Shown one piece after another: positions 30,714-40,140 of a DNA stretch of 64,000 bases (the first letter of the stretch is position 1; each line of letters opens with the position of its first letter). The DNA comes from Candidatus Poribacteria bacterium (lineage in GTDB: Bacteria; Poribacteria; WGA-4E; PCPOR2b): NCBI GenBank assembly GCA_965208325.1, contig OZ242326.1, positions 4,352,001 through 4,416,000 of the forward strand, given 5' to 3'. A program made the position numbers and the translations under genes. The notes beneath the pieces were generated by a model. The model searched no databases, had not been told where the DNA came from, and worked only from the letters and a program-made list of their open reading frames with translations.

Positions 30714-31595
30714 CTATCTGCGGGTTTTTATATCCCCCCATGTTGTGGACAGTTTTTCAACCGGTGCAACACCGAGCGCAGTCGTAACGCCAAGCCCATC
30801 ATTCATGATGGCAGCGATTTCTTCTCCGCTCAAAACCCGGCTGAATACCCCGATATCGTCCACTGTAACCTGTGCGGAAGAGCCATACCTGCCGCAAATA
30901 TGCCACGGACCGTGTTCATTGGTCCGAACAAACGGCTCCGTTCCGGGACCGCGATTAACAATTTTACCATTCTGGTATATCACTGTCTCTTTACCATTTC
31001 CCGTAAAGGCGTAGTGGTTCATCTCGTCGCCGTTTGCGGGGAACCACCAACGATGGTCCAGGCGAGGCTTGCCGTATTGCCACAGGACAAACTCGCCCTC
31101 GCCATCATCCCACGGAAAGTGAACCAGAATTCGGTTGTCCCACGGCCCGCCGGGTTCAAATGAGAAGAGATCTTTTTGGGCAAAGGTGCCGATTTTGTCG
31201 TTTCGCTGCACCCATGCGGTTATTGTAATCTCTGTCTCCTTGGGAAGATTGCCGGCATCCGCTTCGTCTTCGTCAGGCCCTAACCGCTCATCCTTGATGA
31301 AGTTTGGGACTATGATAACGCTGCCCTCGCCTTCACATTTCAGAGCCGTGCCGAATTTGCCGTCAACCCACGACGGCCTTAGCGCATCGCTGTCAGGACG
31401 ATTACCTTGCAGCCTGCCGTCCATGTCGTGGGGGTTGCCCGACGCGTCATTGGCAGTGACTCCTTCCCCCTCATCAAATAGCCAAACGGCAATAATGTCG
31501 TCGGGGTCGAGTGCGGCATGAGTCGGGGCTGTCACCATAATCCCGAACAATGAAACGGCGCTGACGCATACCAGCGTTCTTAGCATGAGTTTCAA
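30714..31595 (-). CDS. Secreted LamG-like jellyroll protein (paralog 3)
   Basis: WLFDEGEG, WVDGKFG.AL, TITAWV, HYAFT, DDIGVFSRVL; TTG start at 31595 aligns with the paralog start MKFVLR and follows GGAGG. Confidence 0.82.
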   Translation of the reverse strand: MKLMLRTLVCVSAVSLFGIMVTAPTHAALDPDDIIAVWLFDEGEGVTANDASGNPHDMDGRLQGNRPDSDALRPSWVDGKFGTALKCEGEGSVIIVPNFIKDERLGPDEDEADAGNLPKETEITITAWVQRNDKIGTFAQKDLFSFEPGGPWDNRILVHFPWDDGEGEFVLWQYGKPRLDHRWWFPANGDEMNHYAFTGNGKETVIYQNGKIVNRGPGTEPFVRTNEHGPWHICGRYGSSAQVTVDDIGVFSRVLSGEEIAAIMNDGLGVTTALGVAPVEKLSTTWGDIKTRR

Positions 31596-31602
31596 TTTGC
31601 AT

Positions 31603-31765
31603 TTCCTCCATCTACAGCCGGTACGGTATAGGATGGCCGAATGCTGCCGCTGTAGAAAAACCCATCCCGTATACCTGTACACGGCGAGTTTTTCAAATAT
31701 TGAATCTACATACAACGGCGCCAGTTGCTAAACTGCAAGCAAAACACCACTCGCGCCGTTGTGGT
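31603..31765 (-). ncRNA. Candidate structured 5' leader RNA, copy 1
   Basis: Near-identical to 32678-32840; two stems, with compensatory/GU changes in the distal stem. Confidence 0.45.
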
Positions 31766-31785
31766 TATGGGTAGAAATCTCTTAG

Positions 31786-32670
31786 CTAATTTTTGGTTTT
31801 TATCACCCCCCATGTTGTTGATATTTTTTCATCCGGTTGAACATCAAGAGCCGCCGCGGCGGCAAGCCCGTCGAGCATGATAGATGCAATTTCACCTTGG
31901 GTCAATACCCGGCTAAATACGCCGATGTCGTCCACTGTAACCTGAGCGGAAGAGCCAAACCTGCCGCAAATATGCCATGGACCGTGTTCATCGGTCCGAA
32001 TAAACGGCCTCGATCCGGGACCGTGATGCACCATTTTACCATTCTGGTAAATCACTGTGGCTTCGCTATTGCCGGTAAATGCGTAGTGGTTCATCTCGCC
32101 GCCGTTTGCGGGAAACTCCCACGGATTGTCGAAGTCAGGTCTGCCGTATTGCCACATTATAAACTCGCCCTCTCCGTCATCCCACGGAAAGTGCACCAGA
32201 ATCCGGTTGTCCCACGGACCGCCGGGTTGGAACGAAAAGAGGTCTCTCTGAGCCGCCGTGCCGATTTTATCGTTGCGCTGCACCCATGCGGTTATGGTAA
32301 TCTCCGTCTCGTCGGGAATATTGCCGGCAGACGCATCGTGTTCGTGGCGTCCCAATCGCTCATCCTTGATGAAATTCGGGATAACGATAACGCTGCCCAT
32401 ACCTTCACATTTCAGGGCCGTGCCGAATTTTCCGTCTACCCACTTCGGTTTTTCGCCGGCGTTGTGCGCCCGCTTGGTGACTTCCAACCTACCGTCCATG
32501 TCGAGCGGGTTTCCCGAAGCGTCGTTGGCAGTGTTGCCTTCGCCCTCATCGAATAGCCAAATTGCAATGATGTCGGCGGGGTCTAGGAAGGCGTAAGCCG
32601 GGATAATAACGATAAACCCGAACAATGAAACAGTGGCGGCGCATGCTAGTGCCCTTAGCACAAACTTCAT
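31786..32670 (-). CDS. Secreted LamG-like jellyroll protein (paralog 2)
   Basis: Same motifs; highly similar to both neighbours. Confidence 0.85.
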   Translation of the reverse strand: MKFVLRALACAATVSLFGFIVIIPAYAFLDPADIIAIWLFDEGEGNTANDASGNPLDMDGRLEVTKRAHNAGEKPKWVDGKFGTALKCEGMGSVIVIPNFIKDERLGRHEHDASAGNIPDETEITITAWVQRNDKIGTAAQRDLFSFQPGGPWDNRILVHFPWDDGEGEFIMWQYGRPDFDNPWEFPANGGEMNHYAFTGNSEATVIYQNGKMVHHGPGSRPFIRTDEHGPWHICGRFGSSAQVTVDDIGVFSRVLTQGEIASIMLDGLAAAAALDVQPDEKISTTWGVIKTKN

Positions 32671-32677
32671 TTTACAT

Positions 32678-32840
32678 AACCTCCATCTACAGCCGGCACG
32701 GTATAGGATGGCCGAATGCTGCCGCTATAGAAAAACCCATCACGTATACCTGTACACGGCGAGTTTTTCGAAAACCAAATCTACGTGAAACGACGCAAAT
32801 TGCTAAACCGCGAGCAAAACATTACTTGCACCGTTTTGGT
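32678..32840 (-). ncRNA. Candidate structured 5' leader RNA, copy 2
   Basis: Duplicate of 31603-31765. Confidence 0.45.
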
Positions 32841-32843
32841 TAA

Positions 32844-33096
32844 AAGCCTGTTTGAATAATGGGCGGCAATGCCATTCTTGGGGGTTTGAGTTGCTATAAC
32901 CGGTGGAACTTCTATCGCGCGGGATTTTCTATCGCCTTCGCTATTCGCTCAGTTAATCCAATTTGGTCGCTCGATTCCATCAAATACCTTACTCCGGCAT
33001 TGGGCGGGGCAAGATGCCCCGCCTACGGAGGGTAGTGAGGTACTATACACCTGCCGCACCTATGGTACTGTATAAAATGAATTTTCACACAGGTTC
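32844..33096. mobile_element. Non-autonomous MITE (IS5-like ends) carrying one REP
   Basis: Ends AAGCCTGTTTGAATA / TTTTCACACAGGTTC, flanked by a TAA...TAA duplication; body aligns with 39312-40037. Confidence 0.7.
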
Positions 33097-33144
33097 TAAG
33101 AGAATGTATATATAGAATAAATTGCGGCCTTAATCACGTCCACT

Positions 33145-33179
33145 AAAGAAAAACCCGCCCTACACACGTGCAGGACGGG
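33145..33179 (-). terminator. Intrinsic terminator after the LamG gene at 33278
   Basis: The - strand reads CCCGTCCTGCA-CGTG-TGTAGGGCGGG followed by TTTTTCTTT. Confidence 0.75.
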
Positions 33180-33277
33180 TTGTTTTGGAAATCACCTTTG
33201 CTGAAGCGCCGCGAGCTGCAAAGCGTATTCACGTTCATTACTCACAGTGCTTGGGTTTTAGGCACGACAACGAAAAA

Positions 33278-34159
33278 CTATTTGGGAGACGACTTAATTT
33301 CTCCCCATGTTGTCGATAATTTTTCAGCCGGTTCAACACCGAGGGCTGCAATTGCGAGTCCTTTCTGCTGAATGGACGCGATTTCGTCATCGCTAAGAAC
33401 TCGGCTGAACACCCCAACGTCATCGACTATAACTTGAGCCGAGGAACCGAACCTTCCGCCGATGTGCCAGGGACCGTGTTCGACGGTTCGAACAAACGGT
33501 TTCGCACCGGCGCCCAGATGGACAAATTCGCCATTCTGGTATATGACTGTCTCTTCACCGTTGCCGGTAAAGGCGTAGTGATTCATTTCGCCGCCATTTC
33601 CGGGAAATTCCCAGTTGGTGCCTTGGAACGGTTTACCATACTGCCACATAATAAACTCGCCTGCGCCGTCATCCCATGGGAAGTGTACCAAAATTCGGTT
33701 ATCCCATGGACCACCGGGCTCATATGAAAACAGGTCTTTTTGCGCCGCGCTGCCGAGTTTATCCAGCCGCTGCACCCATGCCGTAATGGTAATGGTTGTT
33801 TCATCGGGAAGATTTCCGGCAGCTTCATCCTCTTCATCAGGACCTAAACGCTCGTCCTTGTTGAAATTCGGGATATTGATTACACTGCCTGCACCTTCGC
33901 ATTTCAAGGCTTTGCCGAACTTGCCGTCAACCCATTGAGGTCTCAGGTTATCGCTGTCGTTAGCACCGCCTTCAAGCGTACCGTCCATGCCCTTGGGGTT
34001 GTCCGACGAATCTACGGTCTTTTTGCCTTCGCCTTCGTCAAACAGCCAAATAGCGACAATGTCAGCCGGGTCAAGTGCCGCATAAGTCGGGACTGTAACC
34101 AATAGCCCGATCATAGCAACAGCGCTGACAAATGCCAGTGTTTTTAGCGTCGATTTCAT
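33278..34159 (-). CDS. Secreted LamG-like jellyroll protein (paralog 1)
   Basis: Same motifs; AAGGAGG RBS before MKSTLK. Confidence 0.85.
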   Translation of the reverse strand: MKSTLKTLAFVSAVAMIGLLVTVPTYAALDPADIVAIWLFDEGEGKKTVDSSDNPKGMDGTLEGGANDSDNLRPQWVDGKFGKALKCEGAGSVINIPNFNKDERLGPDEEDEAAGNLPDETTITITAWVQRLDKLGSAAQKDLFSYEPGGPWDNRILVHFPWDDGAGEFIMWQYGKPFQGTNWEFPGNGGEMNHYAFTGNGEETVIYQNGEFVHLGAGAKPFVRTVEHGPWHIGGRFGSSAQVIVDDVGVFSRVLSDDEIASIQQKGLAIAALGVEPAEKLSTTWGEIKSSPK

Positions 34160-34409
34160 TAGCGTTTCCTCCTTTTTGGTTGGCAAATTTGCCAACATTT
34201 TAGGAATGGTGCCCGGGTGATTATCACCCGATCACCGTTTAGGAACGCAGCACCCAATTCATCAACCGCCACGTCCCTTTCGGGAACGGATTGCTATGCT
34301 CACCGTTCAACCCGTGTAGAACTTTAACCTTCCTAATTGATGGAAAGAATAAAGCGCCACACATACCCGTTACCGGGAAAAATACAGTAATGCTACTATA
34401 TTTTGCGAT

Positions 34410-34439
34410 AGTATACTACATTTTGTAACATAATTGCAA
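34410..34439 (-). promoter_or_regulatory. Putative sigma70 promoter for the LamG cluster
   Basis: TTGCAA-N18-TATACT on the - strand in an AT-rich intergenic region. Confidence 0.45.
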
Positions 34440-34561
34440 CAAAAAAATGACGAATTTCACCGAATATTTCTCGTACGCAAATGGATGCGATGCAAGATTG
34501 GATTAGGGTAGCACCGCCGCTCACGTTGACTGCTGTCCTTTGCGCACGTTTCCTCAAACGG

Positions 34562-35323
34562 CTACCGGTTTAGGAACTCCATGACAATCGGGTGCAATTC
34601 CCTATTTGCGGCTACGCAAGATGTTCCTTGCACTGGGTCGCCGCCAGCCCAAGTCGTAATGACGCCGCCGGCGCCTTGAATGATGGGAATTACAGGGAGG
34701 ACGTCCCACGGGTTCATGATTGGGTCGAGCATTATGTCTGCTCCGCCGCACGCGAGGAGCAAATATCCGTAGCAGTCTCCCCAGGTGCGCAAATACTTCA
34801 CCTTTTGAGACAACCGCTCAAAACCCGATTCGTCTTGGTATTCGGAAATGCTCAGAACGTCCGTCGTCAGCAAAGTTGCTTCGGCGAGTTCGGCAACCCT
34901 TCTCATTTGAACGCGGCTGCCGTTAACACTTGTACGATGGTTGTCGCCGAGGCACAATATGTCCAAAATTGGCTGATTGATTGCGCCCAAAATTGGCCTG
35001 TCTTCGTGAATCAGACATATGAGTGTCCCAAAGAGCGGACAGCCGCTGGCGAAGGAGATTGTGCCGTCTATCGGGTCAAGTATCCAAACAAACTCCGCAC
35101 CCTCATTTTCGCTCCCATATTCCTCGCCGATGATGCCGTGGTTGGGAAATTCCCGCCGTATCAAATCTCGCATCAACGCCTCGGCTTGGCGATCCGCTAA
35201 AGTTACCGGTGTTTCATCTTCTTTGATTTCAACCTCAAAATCCAAAGCGGCGAAGTAGGGTTTAATTACCTTTGCGCTTTCATCGGCAAGCCGATGGATA
35301 AATCGGACATATTCCTCGTTCAC
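34562..35323 (-). CDS. hisN: Histidinol-phosphatase, inositol monophosphatase family
   Basis: PVT.ADR.AE, GEE.G, WILDPIDGT.SF, R.WGDCYGY, WD motifs; GTG start at 35323 inferred. Confidence 0.75.
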   Translation of the reverse strand: MNEEYVRFIHRLADESAKVIKPYFAALDFEVEIKEDETPVTLADRQAEALMRDLIRREFPNHGIIGEEYGSENEGAEFVWILDPIDGTISFASGCPLFGTLICLIHEDRPILGAINQPILDILCLGDNHRTSVNGSRVQMRRVAELAEATLLTTDVLSISEYQDESGFERLSQKVKYLRTWGDCYGYLLLACGGADIMLDPIMNPWDVLPVIPIIQGAGGVITTWAGGDPVQGTSCVAANRELHPIVMEFLNR

Positions 35324-35351
35324 CTTTTCACCATTTTTGGACAACGACACA

Positions 35352-35621
35352 TCAATACTCGATTCTAAAGGAGGTATATTCCCCGCCCAATCGGCGTTCT
35401 TCGACCTCGACAGACTCAACCACAGCGGCCGGCGGACCACCCCGAAGGAGCGTTACAAACTTATCAAGCACGGCTTCTTCTCCTTCGGCGGCAATCTCGA
35501 CCCCGCCGCCGCGCAAGTTCCTCACGTAACCACGAATGCCGAGCTTTTGTGCAGCCTGTTGCGTAAAATAACGGAAATTTACGCCTTGCACTCTGCCGTG
35601 AATGAGAATGCGGCATTGCAT
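35352..35621 (-). CDS. acyP: Acylphosphatase
   Basis: GRVQGV.FR, G.VRN...G.VE, GP..A.V motifs. Confidence 0.92.
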   Translation of the reverse strand: MQCRILIHGRVQGVNFRYFTQQAAQKLGIRGYVRNLRGGGVEIAAEGEEAVLDKFVTLLRGGPPAAVVESVEVEERRLGGEYTSFRIEY

Positions 35622-35822
35622 AATTGGGTTTGCCAGAATTGTATCTCCAATGGTCAATTTGACGCTCAGTTATTTTGCCGCAAAGATTTCAGTTTGCCTA
35701 GAAGCGGATTTCGAATTTGCCTGCCGTCCTCAACGCCGCGGCGTTGCCGCACAGGTGCCGTATTTCAACCTCGCTTTTGGAAGTCAATTCGCCGGATAAC
35801 TTTCGTCAACCCCCGTCCGCCT

Positions 35823-38114
35823 TCAGCCGCCTGTGGAGAGTTTCAATCTTCTGAGCGTAAATTTCGTGTATCGTTCTTCGCCTTCAACAATCCGGATAAA
35901 TTGGTTAGATGGAACATCGCGGAATGTCTGCGTGATGTTGGTGGTTGGCCAGAAGATTTCTAATCTTTCAATTTTTGAAGCGTCCCCCAACCCTATGGTT
36001 TGCCGCAGCGGATTGCCGCCAAAGGTGCCGCCGCTGTTGACGTGCTTGTAGATTGAACGCGGCGAACCGTTTTCGATGATTTCGGCATGGATTCGGGCGC
36101 CGATAGCGGAACGGTTAGATCGAACTCCGACGAGCTTAACGGTTATCCAGTGATTACCAAAGCCGGGATTCTCATATAAGATGTTGCTGTACGCGTCTCC
36201 GGGGAGTGCACCGCCCATCTGCTCAAAGATGTCCTGATCGCCATCGTTGTCTAGATCAGCGAACGCGACGCCGTGCCCCTTCTGCAAATGGCTGAACCCG
36301 CCCGAAACGCTCACGTCCGCGAACCGTAACCCACGGTCATTGCGGTACATGACGTTAGGCATGATATTCTCGTAGTCCGGGTATCCGGTACCGAGGTAAA
36401 AATCGAGATAGCCGTCATTGTCCAAGTCGCCAAAGTTGGACCCCATGGGCGCTGTAGGACGTATCAGGTTACATTTCCTTGACACTTCTTCAAAGCCGCC
36501 CTGCCCATCCCCGCGATACAGACGAGCCATAACTTCGTTCGCTTGTTCCGCCCCCGGTCGAATCCGACTGGCTGTGAGGTGTTCGAGTTTTGCAGAATAA
36601 GCCGAGACATACAAATCCAAGGCTCCGTCGTTGTCAAAGTCCCAAAACCAAGCCGGGAAGCTAGCTTCCGGAAGGTCAACGTTGAGCCTGCTAGCCATAG
36701 GCGTGAATGTTCCGTCTCCGTTGTTGTGATACAGGCGGTTGCGCTCCTTTAAATTCGAAACGTATAAATCAGGCCAGCGGTCTCCGTTGTAGTCGCCCCA
36801 ATTAACGGCTTTGGTGTATCGATCATTCTGCACGCCCGCCCGGGCGGCGACATCTGTGAATGTCCCGTCTCCGTTATTGCGGAACAGTTGGCAAGGTGCA
36901 CGCAAGTTCTTACCATTCCGATTTTTAGAAGTTTCGTTGCCAATGTATACATCAAGGTCGCCGTCACTGTCGTAGTCCGCCCAAGCCGCAGTGCCGGTAG
37001 GGTAGTGCACTTCCGCCAACCCGGCATCGAAAGTGACGTCTGTGAACGTACCGTCGCCGTTATTGCGCAGGAGTGAGTTTGGGTGCTGTCCCTGCGCAAT
37101 AAGCCAGGCGCCGCGCAATACAAGTATATCGGTGTCGCCATCGTTATCATAGTCCGCTTGTACCATGTTCAATCCGCCGTAAATACCCGTCAGTCCCGCC
37201 TCGTTTGAAACGTCTGAAAACGTGCCGTCCCGGTTGTTTTTAAAGAAGTGCATCTGTCCCCGGGAATCCCATGTCGACGTTACGATGTCGAGGTAATCGT
37301 CATTGTCAAAATCGTCCACAATTGCTCCGCCCGACAGGTCAAAAGTATCGAGCCCTAACTTTGGTGCGATATTCATGAAACGCGGAATCTGCTCCTCAGA
37401 TTCGAACGCTTTGCGCGGGATGAGGTATGCCTTGGGTATCTGCTCAGGGTAACCTCCGATTGTCATGTACGCGATGTTTAACAGCCAACGTGCTGCTAGA
37501 TGCAGCGATTCATACGTTGGCGTATTCTCCAGTACGCGGCTAAAATAAGAGATTGCCAGTTTTGACGGCCGCTGCTGGATATGTATCCCGCCGCCTCGAA
37601 TCGGGAGAATACAACTATCCACTGTGTTTCGCAGACAGCAGTTTTCCGTTTCGCCGCGCCGCATTTGCGCAACGCCAAGCCGAAAAAGGGTATGATTCAC
37701 AATCTCCGCCGGAACCGTACTTTTCATTATTTCGGTTAATTCTAGGGCACGCTCAAGGCACTCAATTCCCTCTTCTTCATCTCCCAATCGAAGCAGCGCG
37801 TGTCCCAACTGCATATTTACCGTCCATCTCGTGCGATTTGATGCTTCATCGGGCAAGCTGGATAGGCGGTTGCGGAGAAAGTGTACATCCGAATTTCCCA
37901 AATAGGCGTTATTCTTGGAAGTTCCATCGGCAATCGATTTAAGCAGCATAAGCATCCGCTGGTGCCCTGCCGAATCTCTTGGCGCTGAGGGTTCTGAATT
38001 CGATGACGCCTTGGCTGTTGAAGCCGCATATCCAATATCAGGCGAAATACCGGTTATTTTGCTGAGAAACACCAAGTCAATTAAGAAAACTAACAGCATA
38101 GCAGCCTTTTGCAT
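35823..38114 (-). CDS. CRTAC1-like FG-GAP repeat protein with TPR-like N-terminus and ASPIC/UnbV C-terminus
   Basis: GE..NCC...SCI.P, WLLNIAYMT.G.YP, DxDxDG repeats, HLQKGHG, N.SAIGAR. Confidence 0.88.
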   Translation of the reverse strand: MQKAAMLLVFLIDLVFLSKITGISPDIGYAASTAKASSNSEPSAPRDSAGHQRMLMLLKSIADGTSKNNAYLGNSDVHFLRNRLSSLPDEASNRTRWTVNMQLGHALLRLGDEEEGIECLERALELTEIMKSTVPAEIVNHTLFRLGVAQMRRGETENCCLRNTVDSCILPIRGGGIHIQQRPSKLAISYFSRVLENTPTYESLHLAARWLLNIAYMTIGGYPEQIPKAYLIPRKAFESEEQIPRFMNIAPKLGLDTFDLSGGAIVDDFDNDDYLDIVTSTWDSRGQMHFFKNNRDGTFSDVSNEAGLTGIYGGLNMVQADYDNDGDTDILVLRGAWLIAQGQHPNSLLRNNGDGTFTDVTFDAGLAEVHYPTGTAAWADYDSDGDLDVYIGNETSKNRNGKNLRAPCQLFRNNGDGTFTDVAARAGVQNDRYTKAVNWGDYNGDRWPDLYVSNLKERNRLYHNNGDGTFTPMASRLNVDLPEASFPAWFWDFDNDGALDLYVSAYSAKLEHLTASRIRPGAEQANEVMARLYRGDGQGGFEEVSRKCNLIRPTAPMGSNFGDLDNDGYLDFYLGTGYPDYENIMPNVMYRNDRGLRFADVSVSGGFSHLQKGHGVAFADLDNDGDQDIFEQMGGALPGDAYSNILYENPGFGNHWITVKLVGVRSNRSAIGARIHAEIIENGSPRSIYKHVNSGGTFGGNPLRQTIGLGDASKIERLEIFWPTTNITQTFRDVPSNQFIRIVEGEERYTKFTLRRLKLSTGG

Positions 38115-38652
38115 GCCTAAACGCCCGCTAAATCAGATAGAATTATCAGTTTCATGCAACCCAAAATTTACACCGACGAACTTCCCGTATAGTATCGTTT
38201 AGTTGAGCGTGTTATCGAACACCATTCATCTTGTCAATTATTTCTGCAGGTTGCGGCGCATCACGCCATCCGCACCAACGGCTAATAATTCAATAAAAAG
38301 GTGTCTAATTGACCGCAAATTACGGACATTTTTTGTTGGACAATTTGGGGCGATTGCTCTAAAATGGAAACGAATTACATACAGACTTTGATGCGGTTAT
38401 TGGATTCAGAATTCCGGGAGTCAACCGAACTTATCCAATATCGTATCACGCCGAAAAATACATTGTCAAGAGGGGAGTTCCGTGTCTCCAAGCGCAATAA
38501 TATGAGACAATATTCCATTTTTTGCTGCGGGTTCGGCGAGCCTGTTTGAAGCGGCTTTTTTTCATAAAGAGACGCCCGAATTATTAAATATATGAACATT
38601 GTCATTTAAACGCGGAATTGCGGATATTCAAGAGGAGAAAGGCTTTCAGCTA

Positions 38653-39276
38653 ATGAGCGACACGCAACGCCACAAAACGTTACTACTATTTGGCGCACCC
38701 GGTGTAGGAAAAGGGACGCAAGGAAAGATGCTTGGATCCATACCGGGATTTTTCCATCTCTCCAGCGGCGATATATTTCGTGCGCTTGACGCAAATTCCA
38801 GACTCGGCAAACTTTTTCATGACTATTCATCGCGCGGCGAACTTGTTCCAGACGATATTACGATTCAAATCTGTACGGAGTTTATCTCGGACCTTACTGC
38901 CGAAAGCGGCTATGAATTTGGTACAAGTTTGCTAATCCTTGACGGTATCCCGCGGAATGTCAATCAAGCGCATCTGATGGCGGCGCAGGTCAACGTGCTA
39001 AAAATTGTCCATCTCGTGTGCGAAGATTTGGAAACGCTCATCGCGCGGCTTCGCGGACGCGCCATCAAAGAGAACCGAACCGACGATGCACAGGAGTCAG
39101 TTATCCGACGGAGATGGGAAGTTTACCGAGAAGAGACGTCCCCGCTGCTCGAACATTATCCGGAGTCAATTATTGCTAACGTGAACGGCATCGGCAGCCC
39201 GGCCGAGGTTTTGTATCGGATACTTGAGGTGCTTATTCCCTTGCAGAACCACCACCTCGACAGCCCGCCAATTTAA
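38653..39276 (+). CDS. adk: Adenylate/nucleoside monophosphate kinase (short LID)
   Basis: GAPGVGKGTQ, S.GD.FR, GELVPD, LDG.PR...QA, R.DD motifs. Confidence 0.85.
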   Translation: MSDTQRHKTLLLFGAPGVGKGTQGKMLGSIPGFFHLSSGDIFRALDANSRLGKLFHDYSSRGELVPDDITIQICTEFISDLTAESGYEFGTSLLILDGIPRNVNQAHLMAAQVNVLKIVHLVCEDLETLIARLRGRAIKENRTDDAQESVIRRRWEVYREETSPLLEHYPESIIANVNGIGSPAEVLYRILEVLIPLQNHHLDSPPI

Positions 39277-39311
39277 CTGTGCTTGGTCGATGGTTAACTG
39301 AATATGCCTTA

Positions 39312-40037
39312 AAGCCTAATTGAAAAATAGGTGACAAAGCCATTCTTGGGCGTTTGAGTTGTTATAACCGGTGGAACTTCTATTGTGCGGGATTTACTAT
39401 TGCCTTCGCTATTCGCTCAGTTGATTCTATTCGGTAGCTTGATTTCACCTAATACCTTACGCCAGCGTTGGGCGGGGCAAGATGCCCCGCCTAGAAGGCG
39501 CGGTGGTGGACGCGGGGCAAGATGCCCCGCCTACAAGGCGTGGTGGTGCACGTGGGGCAAGATGCCCCGCCTACAAGGCGTGGTGGTGCACGTGGGGCAA
39601 GATGCCCCGCCTACAAGGCGTGGTAGTGGACGCGGGGCAAGATGCCCCGCCTACAAGGCGTGGTAGTGGACGCGGGGCAAGATGCCCGCCTACAAGGCGT
39701 GGTAGTGGACGCGGGGCAAGATGCCCCGCCTACAAGGCGTGGTGGTGGACGAGGGGCAAGGTGCCCCGCCTACAAGGCGCGGTGGTGGACGCGGGGCAAG
39801 ATGCCCCGCCTACAAGTCGTGGTGGTGGACGCGGGGCAAGATGCCCCGCCTAGAAGGCGCGGTGGTGGACGCGGGGCAAGATGCCCCGCCTACAGGGCGT
39901 GGTGGTGGACGCGGGGCAAGGAAGATCTCTATCGCACTCCTTATTCAGTCGCTTGATTCCCGGCTACGGAGGGTAGTGGGGTACTTTGCACCTGACGCCC
40001 GTTTGGGGCTGTATAAAATGAACTTTCAAACAGGCTC
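39312..40037. mobile_element. MITE (IS5-like ends) with an expanded internal REP array
   Basis: Ends AAGCCTAATTGAAAAAT / CTTTCAAACAGGCTC, flanked by a TTA...TTA duplication; flanks align with 32844-33096. Confidence 0.72.
39472..39920. repeat. Tandem array of eleven ~40-bp units plus a partial unit (GCGGGGCAAGATGCCCCGCCTACAAGGCGTGGTGGTGGAC)
   Basis: Counted directly; each unit is a palindrome plus a near-constant linker. Confidence 0.95.
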
Positions 40038-40140
40038 TTATCAGGGGTAAACCTGAAATGCCTTTAAGGCGTCTTTTGCGTAAAGGATTCAACGTTCCCT
40101 CAAAATGGAAATACCATCCGTGAACGACGATTGTAAATGA

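Noticed and set aside
39472..39920. CRISPR array
   Set aside because: Linkers between palindromes are near-identical 17-mers rather than unique spacers; no cas genes; REP-type CTAC foot
39385..40050. Repetitive ORFs (MPRLQGVVVDAGQDAPP...), also at 7597-8388 and 59709-60257
   Set aside because: Translations of REP arrays in several frames, not genes
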